From NCBI GenBank assembly GCA_964456825.1, contig CAYWCR010000007.1, forward strand, positions 14,155 to 78,154: a stretch of 64,000 nt of DNA, written 5' to 3'. Shown one piece after another: positions 9,245 to 18,934 of this stretch; the stretch's first letter is position 1, and each line of letters opens with the position of its first letter. The notes under the pieces are model-generated. The model had not been told where the DNA came from. It saw only the letters and a list, made by a program, of their open reading frames with translations, and did not search any database. The position numbers and the translations under genes were made by a program. Source of the DNA: an uncultured Bacteroidales bacterium (lineage in GTDB: Bacteria > Bacteroidota > Bacteroidia > Bacteroidales > UBA10428).

Positions 9245-10651
9245 TTGAAGATTTTATTCAGCATAATATTTTTTTTCCTGTCAGGCTGTATGCTGCCTGC
9301 CCAGCCCGTTGTTATCTCCGGAAATGCTCCTGCCTATGCCGGAGAGGACCTGGCATTTTATACCCTTACAGACCATATTACCGACAACGAAAAGGAATTG
9401 AGCCGGTGCAGGATATCCCCTGCCGGGGATTTCCGCCTGGAGATCGAAACCGCTGAAACGCGGCAGGTATTTGCGCACCTGGGCGTAATTAAGGCTGTTT
9501 TATGGATTGAACCCCATCAGGAATATCATATTGTTTTGCCTGAAAAGACTGAAAAATCACCGGAGGAAATACTGAATCCCTTTTTCGAACCGGTGGAAAT
9601 TCACCTTGGCCTGGAAAACTTCAGGGATGATGAACTGAATACGCTCATCATGATGTTTGACGATGCCTATATTCCGTATTATGAAAAGCATGTAAACGAT
9701 ATTTATGCCAAATCCCAATCCGGAAGAATTGATGAAGATATTGAACAAATTGAAAAATCCTTTACGCAATATACCGATCCTTTTTTTAAAGCTTACCGGC
9801 TGTATTCATATGGCGAATTGAAATTGCTGGCTAACCAGCAAAAAGTCAGAAGCCTGTCCCGTGAATATTTCACCCGCCAGCCGGTCCTGTATTTTCATCC
9901 GGCCTATATGAAGTTGTTTGATCAGGTTTACGAAAAATATTTTACTTTTTTTGCCCGGTCTGAAGCCGGAAAAAAGATTTACGACGATATAAACAGGTCA
10001 AACAGTTATACGGCATTGCTCCGGACCTTGTCGACCGACAGCAATACCAGCAACGATACCTTGCGTGAATTGATAATCCTGAAATCGGTATACGATGAGT
10101 TTTACGGAATGGAATTCTCACGGAACGGATTGCTGACCATGCTGGATTCTCTGGTTTTAACCAGTAAAATACCCGTTCATAAGGAAATCGGATTGAACAT
10201 CAGGCATAAGATCACACGATTACAGCCGGGCTACGATCCGCCCGACTTTGAATTGTATGATGCTGACAGCAATCTTTTCAGGCTTTCAGACCTTAAAGGC
10301 AAATATGTTTATATCAACTTCTGCACAAGTTACAGTTATACCTGCATGAATGAATTTCAACTGCTGAACGGCATCCACCAAAGGCATCATCAGCGGCTTA
10401 CCATTGTTACCATTTCAATGGATCCGCATGAAAGCACTTTCAATCAGTTTAAGAAGAACTATAAGCATGAATGGATCTTTCTCTATTATGGCCATCAGCC
10501 GGATGTAATTAAGGAATATGATATCCGGGCATTCCCAACCTATTTTCTCATCGGCCCTGATGGTAAGCTGATATATTCACCGGCCCCTTCACCATCGGAA
10601 AACTTTGAAATTAAATTGTTTGAGGCCATGCGGGCCAGGGGTGATTTATAG
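9245..10651 (+). CDS. Lipoprotein with C-terminal thioredoxin-fold (TlpA/AhpC-TSA-like) domain
   Basis: TTG start. Signal/lipobox-like N-terminus FFFLSGCM. The C-terminal ~140 aa have a redoxin layout (DFELYD...GKYVYINFCTSYSYTCMNEF...IRAFPTYFLIGPDG). The canonical CxxC appears as SYTC. Confidence 0.55.
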   Translation: MKILFSIIFFFLSGCMLPAQPVVISGNAPAYAGEDLAFYTLTDHITDNEKELSRCRISPAGDFRLEIETAETRQVFAHLGVIKAVLWIEPHQEYHIVLPEKTEKSPEEILNPFFEPVEIHLGLENFRDDELNTLIMMFDDAYIPYYEKHVNDIYAKSQSGRIDEDIEQIEKSFTQYTDPFFKAYRLYSYGELKLLANQQKVRSLSREYFTRQPVLYFHPAYMKLFDQVYEKYFTFFARSEAGKKIYDDINRSNSYTALLRTLSTDSNTSNDTLRELIILKSVYDEFYGMEFSRNGLLTMLDSLVLTSKIPVHKEIGLNIRHKITRLQPGYDPPDFELYDADSNLFRLSDLKGKYVYINFCTSYSYTCMNEFQLLNGIHQRHHQRLTIVTISMDPHESTFNQFKKNYKHEWIFLYYGHQPDVIKEYDIRAFPTYFLIGPDGKLIYSPAPSPSENFEIKLFEAMRARGDL

Positions 10652-11266
10652 CTGGATCAGGTTGGCATATTTCAGCACATCCAATATGGCCCCGTAAGTG
10701 CCTTTCATGATAACGCTGACCTCTGAGGGACTAACCCACCGGATGTCTGTGATGTCTTCCTTTTGCTGGGGAACAGGTTCCTGATTGCCTTTATACATCA
10801 TTTCAAACCACATCGTCTTTTTCAGTACAGCCTGATCTTCTATCAGATAAGAATGATAAGTCGACAACAGGCGGCAGATTATCGCGGAGCCCTGAATTCC
10901 ACATTCCTCTTCAACTTCCCTCGAAGCGGCCTCTTCAAATGATTCGCCTGCATCGAGCTTCCCTTTCGGCAAATCCCATCTGCCTCTCCGGTTGATAATT
11001 AAAAGCTGCCCTTTTTTATTCCTGATCACCCCTCCGGCTGCATCAATATTCATAAAACATGAGCGAAAAACATTTCTGAGTTCTTCCATATCGTCGTGAA
11101 AGATAAACAGGTTTTCAATTTTTTTAAGATTACGATAAAAGGAGAGCAATTCCATAAGCTCTTCCTTTTTGTGAAATTTATAGAAAAGCCCGAATTTTAA
11201 CTGAAATGTTTTGGTAAAATCATCAGTTAAAAATATATTCCGGTCGTTGAAAAAAACTTTATACAT
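10646..11266 (-). CDS. NUDIX hydrolase
   Basis: Nudix box GKLDAGESFEEAASREVEEECG. The gene overlaps the convergent upstream gene by 6 nt. Confidence 0.8.
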   Translation of the reverse strand: MYKVFFNDRNIFLTDDFTKTFQLKFGLFYKFHKKEELMELLSFYRNLKKIENLFIFHDDMEELRNVFRSCFMNIDAAGGVIRNKKGQLLIINRRGRWDLPKGKLDAGESFEEAASREVEEECGIQGSAIICRLLSTYHSYLIEDQAVLKKTMWFEMMYKGNQEPVPQQKEDITDIRWVSPSEVSVIMKGTYGAILDVLKYANLIQL

Positions 11267-11273
11267 TTGTGTT

Positions 11274-11936
11274 ATGGAAAATGATGAAAAAAAGACTGCT
11301 CGTCTGTTGCTGCAATGCCAGGCCGTCAGGCTAAGTCCCGAAAAGCCCTTTGTGTGGGCTTCAGGCTGGAAATCGCCTATTTATTGTGACAACAGAAAAA
11401 CTTTGTCATATCCAGCAATACGTAATTTCATCAAAGATAGTTTTGTCAGCCTTATTAAAGAAAAATATTTATCAACAGAGGCAATTGCAGGGGTTGCCAC
11501 CGGAGCCATCGCACAGGGCGCACTGGTCGCGGATATCCTTCAACTTCCGTTTTTCTATGTCAGGCCTGAGCCTAAAAGCCATGGACTGGAAAACCTTATT
11601 GAAGGAGATCCGAAAAAGGGACAGCGTGTTGTGGTAATTGAAGACCTCATCTCAACAGGAGGCAGCAGCCTTAAAGCTGTTGAAGCGCTGCGCCGGTATG
11701 GTTGCGAGGTGCTGGGCATGCTGGCTGTCTTTACCTATGGTTTCAGAATTGCCATGGAGAATTTCAGTAAGGCTGACTGTTCGCTGATTACCCTCAGCAA
11801 TTATGAAACCCTGCTGGAAATTGCCCTTGAGTCAGGGTACATCGATCAGGATACACGGATGGTTTTACAGCAGTGGCGCAAAAATCCCGATACCTGGGAT
11901 CCCTCGGGGATGAATAAGCAGACCCGTAACGATTAA
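11274..11936 (+). CDS. pyrE: Orotate phosphoribosyltransferase
   Basis: Contains PFVWASGWKSPIYCDNR and the PRPP-binding block VVVIEDLISTGGS. I place the start at ATG 11274 (MENDEKK) rather than the track start 11211, which overlaps the divergent NUDIX gene. Confidence 0.9.
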   Translation: MENDEKKTARLLLQCQAVRLSPEKPFVWASGWKSPIYCDNRKTLSYPAIRNFIKDSFVSLIKEKYLSTEAIAGVATGAIAQGALVADILQLPFFYVRPEPKSHGLENLIEGDPKKGQRVVVIEDLISTGGSSLKAVEALRRYGCEVLGMLAVFTYGFRIAMENFSKADCSLITLSNYETLLEIALESGYIDQDTRMVLQQWRKNPDTWDPSGMNKQTRND

Positions 11937-11939
11937 CTT

Positions 11940-12344
11940 ATGAAAGTCGAAAGCACTGTCGGGAAAATAGCGGAAAATGAAGAAAAAGTATTTGCTTTTC
12001 TTTCCGATTTCAGGAACCTGGAGTCTCTGGTGCCTAAGGAAAATCTGATTTCATGGGAGTTTAAAGAAGACCACTGCAAACTTGGCATTGCAGGGATCGG
12101 GGAAATTGAACTGAAACTGGTGGAAAAAGAACCTTACAGGCTGATCAAATGGGGCTCCGGCAGTGACAGCGCTTATTCATTTACCCTGTGGATCCAATTG
12201 AAACAAACGGCTGAAAAGGATACCCGGGCCAGGATTACCTTGCAGGCAGAACTAAATCCATTCCTTCAGGTTATGGCCAAAAATCCCCTGCAAAAATTTG
12301 TGAATACCCTGGTTGACCAGATGGCAACCATCCATTACAGTTGA
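11940..12344 (+). CDS. Small conserved protein, possibly SRPBCC-fold
   Basis: 134-aa ORF 4 nt after pyrE. There are no diagnostic motifs. The fold guess rests on size and alternating beta-like pattern only. Confidence 0.35.
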   Translation: MKVESTVGKIAENEEKVFAFLSDFRNLESLVPKENLISWEFKEDHCKLGIAGIGEIELKLVEKEPYRLIKWGSGSDSAYSFTLWIQLKQTAEKDTRARITLQAELNPFLQVMAKNPLQKFVNTLVDQMATIHYS

Positions 12345-12393
12345 TATACCTTTGAACCCATGCGGTTGAATAATGGATAAGCCGGTCAAAGCA

Positions 12394-13149
12394 CTATAAC
12401 GGGTGGTAGTTAATCTCACGGAATGCATAACGGTGCATGACCCCGCTTTGTTTTTCAACCACGAGTTCCCCCCCTTCAAGAATACCTGCTATCCGGCCCC
12501 GGAAACAGCCCGCCGAATCGGTGTATTCAGCCCACTGATCATAATGCATCAGATGCTGAAGATACCGGTCCTTTATGACCTCCCATTCTTTCCTGTATAG
12601 CCTGCGAATCCACTCCGTAAGATGCTTCATAGCATCGGAGAACAGGATTTCGCAATTGATCTCCCGGCCAAGCTCCAGTTTCAGGGATGTTGGATTGTTT
12701 CCTGCTGCCGTAAAAGAGGTCTGATTGACATTCAGTCCGATTCCGGCTACCGCTGATGTTAAATAATTTCCTGACAGGGAATTCTCAATCAGTATACCTC
12801 CTGTTTTGCGGCCGGAGATATAAATATCATTCGGCCATTTAATAACCGCTTTAATCCCGCATTGCAGCAAAAGATCAACCAAACCCAGTGAGATGCTCAT
12901 GAGCAGATAAAACTGTTTTCCGGCTTCCAGGAAATCCGGCATCAGGATGAAACTGAACAAAAGGTTCTTTCCTCTTTCGCTTTCCCACCTGTTTCCTTTT
13001 TGACCCCGTCCATGTGTCTGATAGTCTGCCAAAATTACAGTACCTTCCTCAGCCTTGCCATTTTTTATTATTTTCATGGCACAGGCATTGGTTGAGTCTG
13101 TCTGATCAAGCCTTATCAATGGGGAACCCAGTGTAATTTCTGATGACAT
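12394..13149 (-). CDS. birA: Biotin-[acetyl-CoA-carboxylase] ligase
   Basis: GRGQKGNRWES matches the BPL signature GRGRxGRxW. There is no N-terminal HTH, so it is group I. Confidence 0.85.
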   Translation of the reverse strand: MSSEITLGSPLIRLDQTDSTNACAMKIIKNGKAEEGTVILADYQTHGRGQKGNRWESERGKNLLFSFILMPDFLEAGKQFYLLMSISLGLVDLLLQCGIKAVIKWPNDIYISGRKTGGILIENSLSGNYLTSAVAGIGLNVNQTSFTAAGNNPTSLKLELGREINCEILFSDAMKHLTEWIRRLYRKEWEVIKDRYLQHLMHYDQWAEYTDSAGCFRGRIAGILEGGELVVEKQSGVMHRYAFREINYHPL

Positions 13150-13281
13150 GATCGGTTGAAATGTGATTTTGGTACTGTTGTTGATAGTACTATAAATGAC
13201 TATATTTATGGGTAAAATATCAATAATTTTTGACAGTCGGCAGGGTAGAGAATAAATCCTTTACAATCCTGCTAAATTCAT

Positions 13282-13289
13282 TAATTTTG
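13282..13289 (+). promoter_or_regulatory. Candidate -7 promoter box (TAATTTTG)
   Basis: TAnnTTTG match 32 nt upstream of the rsfS TTG start. Confidence 0.45.
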
Positions 13290-13320
13290 CAGCAGAAACC
13301 TATTAATACATTAATTTATT

Positions 13321-13677
13321 TTGGGAAATAATAACGAATTAGTAAATTGTATAACGGAAGCGATACTGGACAAGAAAGGCAGGGAAGTTGTCAATATTGA
13401 TTTGATGCGGCTGGGTTATGCCATGTGCGATAATTTCATTGTATGCCATGGCGATTCGACAACCCAGGTTCATGCCATAGCTGAATCTGTGGAGGAAAAG
13501 GTTACTGTATTAACGGGAATAAAGCTGATACATCGCGAGGGAACAGAAAATGCACAATGGATTCTGCTGGATTATGGGGCTGTAGTCGTTCATGTTTTTC
13601 TGAAAGAAGCCCGCGATTATTATAAACTCGAAAATCTCTGGGGGGATGCGGATATAACAATTATCAAAGAAGATTAA
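13321..13677 (+). CDS. rsfS: Ribosome silencing factor RsfS (iojap family)
   Basis: Contains CDNFIVCHGDSTTQVHAIAESVEEKV and WILLDYGAVVVHVF...YYKLENLW. TTG start. Confidence 0.85.
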   Translation: MGNNNELVNCITEAILDKKGREVVNIDLMRLGYAMCDNFIVCHGDSTTQVHAIAESVEEKVTVLTGIKLIHREGTENAQWILLDYGAVVVHVFLKEARDYYKLENLWGDADITIIKED

Positions 13678-13696
13678 AAACAAAGAATCTACAAGA

Positions 13697-15811
13697 ATGG
13701 AAGAAACCAACGACAAAAAAGAATCTGTCAATAATAATTCAAATAACAAGGAGAATAAACCCGGTGATCCGTTTTCAGGAAATAAAAGGCCCCGGTTTAA
13801 TGCCGTGTGGCTTTATGTCCTCATAGGAATGTCGCTGGTATCGATCTATTTGTTTGATTCCGGTCAACAACCCCAGGAAATCGACTGGTATACTTTTAAG
13901 AACGAAATGCTGCTAACAGGCGAGGTGCAGAAAGTAGTGGTCGTGAATAACAAGGATGTTGAGATTTATATCAAGCCCGAATTTCTTGATCAGCCTAAAT
14001 ATCAGAAACTGGCTTCCAAAAAATTCAATTCACTCAACCGGTTGGGTCCGCATTACAAACTGCAGGGAATGCTTTCGCTGGAAAAATTTGAAGACAGGCT
14101 GGAAGAAGCACAGGTCAATGTCCCCGATGAACAAAAGATCTATCCTGATTCCAAGGACAAGCAATCATTCGGACAGGTATTATGGTATTTGTTACCGGTG
14201 CTCGCCCTGATCATCATGTATGTTGTCATCTTCCGAAAAATGGGAGGGGGAGGAGCAACCGGCAGCGGAACCAACATTTTCAACGTTGGAAAATCAAAGG
14301 CTAAGATTTTTGACAAGGATACCAATGTCAAAATTGATTTTAAAGATGTTGCCGGTCTGGAGGAAGCGAAAGTTGAAATCAAGGAAATCGTTGATTTTCT
14401 TAAAAAGCCAAAGAAATATACTGACCTGGGCGGAAAGATCCCCAAGGGAGCTTTACTGGTTGGACCCCCGGGAACGGGCAAAACGCTTCTGGCCAGAGCT
14501 GTGGCCGGTGAAGCACACGTGCCTTTCTTCTCTCTTTCGGGTTCTGACTTTGTTGAAATGTTTGTCGGAGTCGGGGCATCTAGGGTGCGTGATCTTTTCA
14601 AACAGGCAAAAGAGAAGGCTCCGTGTATCATATTTATTGATGAAATCGATGCTATTGGAAGGGCCAGGGGAAGAAATCCCAACTTTGGGGCCAATGATGA
14701 ACGCGAGAATACACTGAACCAGTTGCTGACCGAAATGGATGGATTTGCATCAAATGCCGGCGTGATCATACTGGCTGCCACCAATCGTGCGGACATACTG
14801 GATAAAGCATTGCTGCGTGCCGGACGTTTTGACAGGCAGATTTATGTTGAGCTCCCTGACCTGAATGAACGCAAGGAAATTTTTCTTGTCCACCTGCGTC
14901 CGATAAAAATAGAAAAGGACCTGGATATTGAATTTCTGGCCCGCCAGACTCCGGGTTTTTCAGGTGCCGACATTGCCAATGTATGCAATGAAGCTGCCCT
15001 GATAGCCGCCCGTAAAAGCAAAAAAGCAGTGCAAAAACAGGACTTCCTTGATGCAATTGACAGGATCGTGGGAGGACTTGAAAAGAAAAACAAGATCATT
15101 TCTGCCGATGAAAAACGTACCATAGCCTACCACGAAGGTGGTCATGCCACAGTTAGCTGGATGCTTGAACATGCCAATCCACTGGTAAAAGTTACCATCA
15201 TCCCCAGGGGAAAATCCCTCGGCGCTGCATGGTATCTTCCGGAAGAAAGGCAGATAACGACCCGCGAACAGCTGCTCGATGAAATGTGCGCCACACTGGG
15301 CGGCAGGGCATCCGAACAGATCATCTTTAACAAGATATCAACCGGAGCCCTTAACGACCTCGAAAGGGTTACCAAACAGGCTTATGCTATGGTAACTTAT
15401 TTCGGCCTTAGCGACAAAATCGGGAATATCAGTTTCTATGATTCCACAGGTCAGGCTGAATACTCTTTTCAAAAACCATACAGTGAAAAAACATCGGAAC
15501 TGATCGACCAGGAAGTTAAAGAAATAATTGACGAACAATATAAGAGAGCCCTCATTATACTTGAAGAACAGAAGGAAGGACTAGCCAAGCTCTCGGAACA
15601 ACTGCTTGAGAAGGAAGTCATCTTTACGGAAGACCTTGAGAAGGTATTTGGCAAAAGAAAAGCCGGCAGGGTCCCCGATATGGGCGAAAGACCAAAAAAA
15701 TCACGTAAGGCTCCCAAAAACACAAAGGCTAAAAAAGCAGAAACGGATGAAACAGATGAAACGGAGGGAACTGCCGACGACGAGACAGAACCGATAACTG
15801 AGTCGGCATGA
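13697..15811 (+). CDS. ftsH: ATP-dependent zinc metalloprotease FtsH
   Basis: Walker A is [14 protein letters not shown] is [19 protein letters not shown] and the zinc site is HEGGHA. The C-terminal tail is acidic. Confidence 0.95.
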   Translation: MEETNDKKESVNNNSNNKENKPGDPFSGNKRPRFNAVWLYVLIGMSLVSIYLFDSGQQPQEIDWYTFKNEMLLTGEVQKVVVVNNKDVEIYIKPEFLDQPKYQKLASKKFNSLNRLGPHYKLQGMLSLEKFEDRLEEAQVNVPDEQKIYPDSKDKQSFGQVLWYLLPVLALIIMYVVIFRKMGGGGATGSGTNIFNVGKSKAKIFDKDTNVKIDFKDVAGLEEAKVEIKEIVDFLKKPKKYTDLGGKIPKGALLVGPPGTGKTLLARAVAGEAHVPFFSLSGSDFVEMFVGVGASRVRDLFKQAKEKAPCIIFIDEIDAIGRARGRNPNFGANDERENTLNQLLTEMDGFASNAGVIILAATNRADILDKALLRAGRFDRQIYVELPDLNERKEIFLVHLRPIKIEKDLDIEFLARQTPGFSGADIANVCNEAALIAARKSKKAVQKQDFLDAIDRIVGGLEKKNKIISADEKRTIAYHEGGHATVSWMLEHANPLVKVTIIPRGKSLGAAWYLPEERQITTREQLLDEMCATLGGRASEQIIFNKISTGALNDLERVTKQAYAMVTYFGLSDKIGNISFYDSTGQAEYSFQKPYSEKTSELIDQEVKEIIDEQYKRALIILEEQKEGLAKLSEQLLEKEVIFTEDLEKVFGKRKAGRVPDMGERPKKSRKAPKNTKAKKAETDETDETEGTADDETEPITESA

Positions 15812-15841
15812 TCCGGGTGAATGTTGCTTTGCATTAACTCC

Positions 15842-16054
15842 ATGGAGAATGACTGGGCACTCATTTTCAGTACCGGGAATTACTTCCGGGCGCAATTTGC
15901 CAGGAACATATTAAGTGACGAAGGTATTGAGGCTGTTATTATCAATAAAACAGATACCATTTACCTTCATCCGAGTGGTTATATTGAAGTCTATGTCAGA
16001 AAGGAAGATGTGATTAGAGCCATGCATCTATTAAAATCGGCGCAATTTGAATAA
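15842..16054 (+). CDS. Small DUF2007-like protein
   Basis: 70-aa ORF between ftsH and cdsA (MENDWALIFSTGNYFRAQFARNILSDEGIEAVIINK...). Assignment is by resemblance only. Confidence 0.4.
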   Translation: MENDWALIFSTGNYFRAQFARNILSDEGIEAVIINKTDTIYLHPSGYIEVYVRKEDVIRAMHLLKSAQFE

Positions 16055-16874
16055 CTTTCTTCTGCGATTGTTCACCGGTATCGGGTATATCATCCTGATG
16101 GCAGGTTCAATTTTAGCCGGGAAATATTTCTTTGGCATGTTGTTCCTTGCCCTTACCTTGTTGACCTTGCATGAGTATTTCCGTTTTTTTTCAGGTTCTC
16201 CGTACCCGCTTCAAAAAGCATCAGGCATGGTTACCGGTGGCTTCATTTTTATCATGAGTTTCCTTGTTTCTTCAGGAATAGCGGATTCCGGTTATCTGAG
16301 CCTGATTATCCCTGTCGTTTTGGTGGTACTGATCATTGAAATATACCGCAATAAAGATTATCCGTTTATATCAACAGCATTGCTGACCCTCGGCTGGCTG
16401 TATATTGCCATACCCTATTCCCTGGCAGCCTGCCTGGCTTTCCCCGAAGCCAACCATCACCAGTATACACCCGGAATTTTACTGGGATTGTTAACCCTGA
16501 TCTGGCTGAATGATACCGGTGCCTATGTTGTCGGTATGCTGTTCGGCAAACATCGCCTGTTTGAACGCATTTCACCCAGGAAATCGTTGGAAGGTGCTGC
16601 AGGCGGAACTGTTTTTACCCTCTTGCTGGGATATTTTCTGAATCATTTCACACCCTATCTGTCCCGTTTTGACTGGATCGTTCTCAGCATTATCGTTTCC
16701 GTCTTCGGGGTTTATGGTGATTTGTTCGAATCCTTGCTGAAACGAAACATCGGCGTGAAAGACTCCGGTAACCTGCTGCCAGGTCACGGAGGGTTGCTCG
16801 ATCGCATGGACTCGCTATTATTTATTATCCCTGCATCATGTGCTTACCTGATGCTGAAAGCAATATTCTATTAA
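16047..16874 (+). CDS. cdsA: Phosphatidate cytidylyltransferase
   Basis: Multi-pass membrane protein with the CDS signature SLLKRNIGVKDSGNLLPGHGGLLDRMDS. Confidence 0.9.
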   Translation: MNNFLLRLFTGIGYIILMAGSILAGKYFFGMLFLALTLLTLHEYFRFFSGSPYPLQKASGMVTGGFIFIMSFLVSSGIADSGYLSLIIPVVLVVLIIEIYRNKDYPFISTALLTLGWLYIAIPYSLAACLAFPEANHHQYTPGILLGLLTLIWLNDTGAYVVGMLFGKHRLFERISPRKSLEGAAGGTVFTLLLGYFLNHFTPYLSRFDWIVLSIIVSVFGVYGDLFESLLKRNIGVKDSGNLLPGHGGLLDRMDSLLFIIPASCAYLMLKAIFY

Positions 16875-16885
16875 AATATACCGGC

Positions 16886-17542
16886 ATGAATATTCATAAA
16901 GAAGGAATGCTGACATTGGCCATAGTTTTCGCTGCCGTTATCGTGATAAACTTTGTCATTTCAGCTGTTTCTCATAAACCGCTGATTGAAATAATCACGG
17001 TACTGATTACGGTCCCCTTTTTCCTGCTGATCGTATGGTTCTTCAGAAATCCATCCCGTCCGGTTATCCCGGATGAAAATGTTATCCTTTGCCCGGCTGA
17101 CGGGAAGGTGGTTGTTATAGAAAAAACCTTCGAAAAAGAGTATTTCAACGATGAACGATGGCAGATCTCCATCTTTATGTCGCCCCTGAATGTGCATGTT
17201 AATCGTTTTCCGGTAAACGGACAGGTGACTTATTGCATGTACCATCCCGGAAAATATCTGGTGGCATGGCATCCCAAATCATCTGAACTGAATGAAAGGT
17301 CCACGGTTGTGATAAAGCATACCAAAGGGCAGGAGATCCTGGTCAGGCAGATTGCCGGAGCCGTCGCGCGGCGCATTGTTCCCTATGCAAAAAAGGGTAT
17401 GCAGATACAGCAAGGCGATGAACTGGGTTTTATCAAATTCGGATCGCGGGTGGATATCTTCCTTCCCCTGGATGCAGAAATCAAAGTATCCCTGAACCAA
17501 AAGGTGAAGGGGAATGTGGATTTGATTGCTATTTGGAAATAA
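16886..17542 (+). CDS. psd: Phosphatidylserine decarboxylase proenzyme
   Basis: N-terminal TM segment. The FGSRVD processing-site region lies near the C-terminus. The gene follows cdsA. Start set at ATG 16886 (MNIHKEG). Confidence 0.85.
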   Translation: MNIHKEGMLTLAIVFAAVIVINFVISAVSHKPLIEIITVLITVPFFLLIVWFFRNPSRPVIPDENVILCPADGKVVVIEKTFEKEYFNDERWQISIFMSPLNVHVNRFPVNGQVTYCMYHPGKYLVAWHPKSSELNERSTVVIKHTKGQEILVRQIAGAVARRIVPYAKKGMQIQQGDELGFIKFGSRVDIFLPLDAEIKVSLNQKVKGNVDLIAIWK

Positions 17543-17547
17543 CTAAG

Positions 17548-17646
17548 GAATAATGAACAAGGAATAACGAACGCTGAACACTGAAGACAAGACATCGGAT
17601 GCATTATCTTTATAGTTCATTATTCAGCGTTCCTTGTTCGTTATTC
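17548..17646. repeat. Long imperfect hairpin made of GAAnnnn heptamers between convergent psd and kbl
   Basis: The left arm has 6 heptamers at 17548-17589 (GAATAAT GAACAAG GAATAAC GAACGCT GAACACT GAAGACA). The right arm at 17612-17646 is the complement of GAATAAC GAACAAG GAACGCT GAATAAT GAACTAT. About 24 bp can pair, with one 7-nt bulge. It is a likely bidirectional terminator. Confidence 0.7.
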
Positions 17647-17671
17647 AAATTAAATATTTATTTACTTTTCA

Positions 17672-18862
17672 TCATACAATCACCTTCAACTTCTTCCCCA
17701 CCTTAACAAATGCCGCCAGGGCCTTATCCAGGTGTTCCCGTGTATGCGCTGCAGAAAGCTGGACCCTGATACGGGCTTCTCCTTTTGGCACCACGGGAAA
17801 ATAAAATCCAATAACATAAATTCCTTCTTTCAGCAATGCCGCTGCAAAGTCCTGCGATAATTTTGCATCGAAAAGCATAATGGCCACAATCGCTGATTTT
17901 GAAGGCTTGATGGTGAATCCCGCTTCCCGGATCTTCGTAACAAAATAATCCGTATTGGCATGCAGACGGTCCTGTAATTGTGTTGTCTCACTCATCATTT
18001 CAAACATCTTCACACCTGCAGCAGCGATCATCGGGGGAATTGAGTTGGAGAACAAATACGGCCGCGAACGCTGCCGGAGAAGATCAATGATTTCCTTGCG
18101 GCCTGTGGTGAATCCGCCGATTGCTCCTCCAAACGCCTTTCCCAGCGTGCCAGTAATGATGTCGACCCTGCCCCTGATATTATATAGTTCAGTCACACCG
18201 CGGCCGGTCTTTCCAACCACACCGGCCGAGTGGCATTCATCTACCATGACCAGTGCATCATATTTTTCTGCCAGTTTACAAATCTGATCAACGGGGGCAA
18301 CATTGCCGTCCATGGAAAAAACGCCATCGGTTACGATGATCCTGAACCTCTGTGCCTGTGCCTTTTTCAACTGTTCCTCCAGGTCGTTCATATCGGCATT
18401 GGCATATCGGTATCGCTGAGCCTTGCAAAGCCTGACCCCGTCGATAATGGATGCATGATTAAGCGCATCGGAGATAATGGCATCATTTTCTGACAACAGG
18501 GGCTCAAAAACGCCGCCGTTGGCATCAAAACAGGCTGCATACAGAATAGTCTCCTCCGTACCGAAAAATGCCGTTATTTTTTGCTCAAGCTCTTTATGCA
18601 GGTCAGTGGTTCCGCAGATAAACCGCACCGATGACATGCCATAACCATGGGTATCCAGCGCTTTTCGGACGGCTTCAATGAGAGCGGGATCGGATGAAAG
18701 GCCGAGATAATTGTTGGCACAGAAATTCAGCACTTCATCCCCGCTTTCAATTTTTATCTGTGCATCCTGGGGGCTTATGATAATCCTTTCCCTTTTATAC
18801 AAGCCGGCTTCCTCAATGCTGATGAGTTCCTGACGTAAATGTTCCTTTATTTTTCCGTACAT
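17672..18862 (-). CDS. kbl: 2-amino-3-ketobutyrate CoA ligase (glycine C-acetyltransferase)
   Basis: Alpha-oxoamine synthase family, with VFSMDGNVAP and TLGKAFGG (PLP lysine). It lies adjacent to a threonine dehydrogenase. Confidence 0.9.
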   Translation of the reverse strand: MYGKIKEHLRQELISIEEAGLYKRERIIISPQDAQIKIESGDEVLNFCANNYLGLSSDPALIEAVRKALDTHGYGMSSVRFICGTTDLHKELEQKITAFFGTEETILYAACFDANGGVFEPLLSENDAIISDALNHASIIDGVRLCKAQRYRYANADMNDLEEQLKKAQAQRFRIIVTDGVFSMDGNVAPVDQICKLAEKYDALVMVDECHSAGVVGKTGRGVTELYNIRGRVDIITGTLGKAFGGAIGGFTTGRKEIIDLLRQRSRPYLFSNSIPPMIAAAGVKMFEMMSETTQLQDRLHANTDYFVTKIREAGFTIKPSKSAIVAIMLFDAKLSQDFAAALLKEGIYVIGFYFPVVPKGEARIRVQLSAAHTREHLDKALAAFVKVGKKLKVIV

Positions 18863-18897
18863 AAGGTTATTTTTTATTTTGGTTCAAGATGCCATAC

Positions 18898-18929
18898 ACC
18901 CTACGAGGGTCCCCCCACCCTCGCAGGGT
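18898..18929 (-). other. Intercistronic hairpin between tdh and kbl
   Basis: ACCCTACGAGGGT-CCCCCC-ACCCTCGCAGGGT gives a 13-bp stem with one mismatch and a C6 loop (G6 on the transcribed strand). Confidence 0.6.
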
Positions 18930-18934
18930 ATCCA

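Noticed and set aside
14140-14796. 218-aa ORF antisense to ftsH, plus several other ORFs inside ftsH
   Set aside because: These are shadow ORFs inside a very well supported gene, with Ser/Pro/Ala-rich translations.
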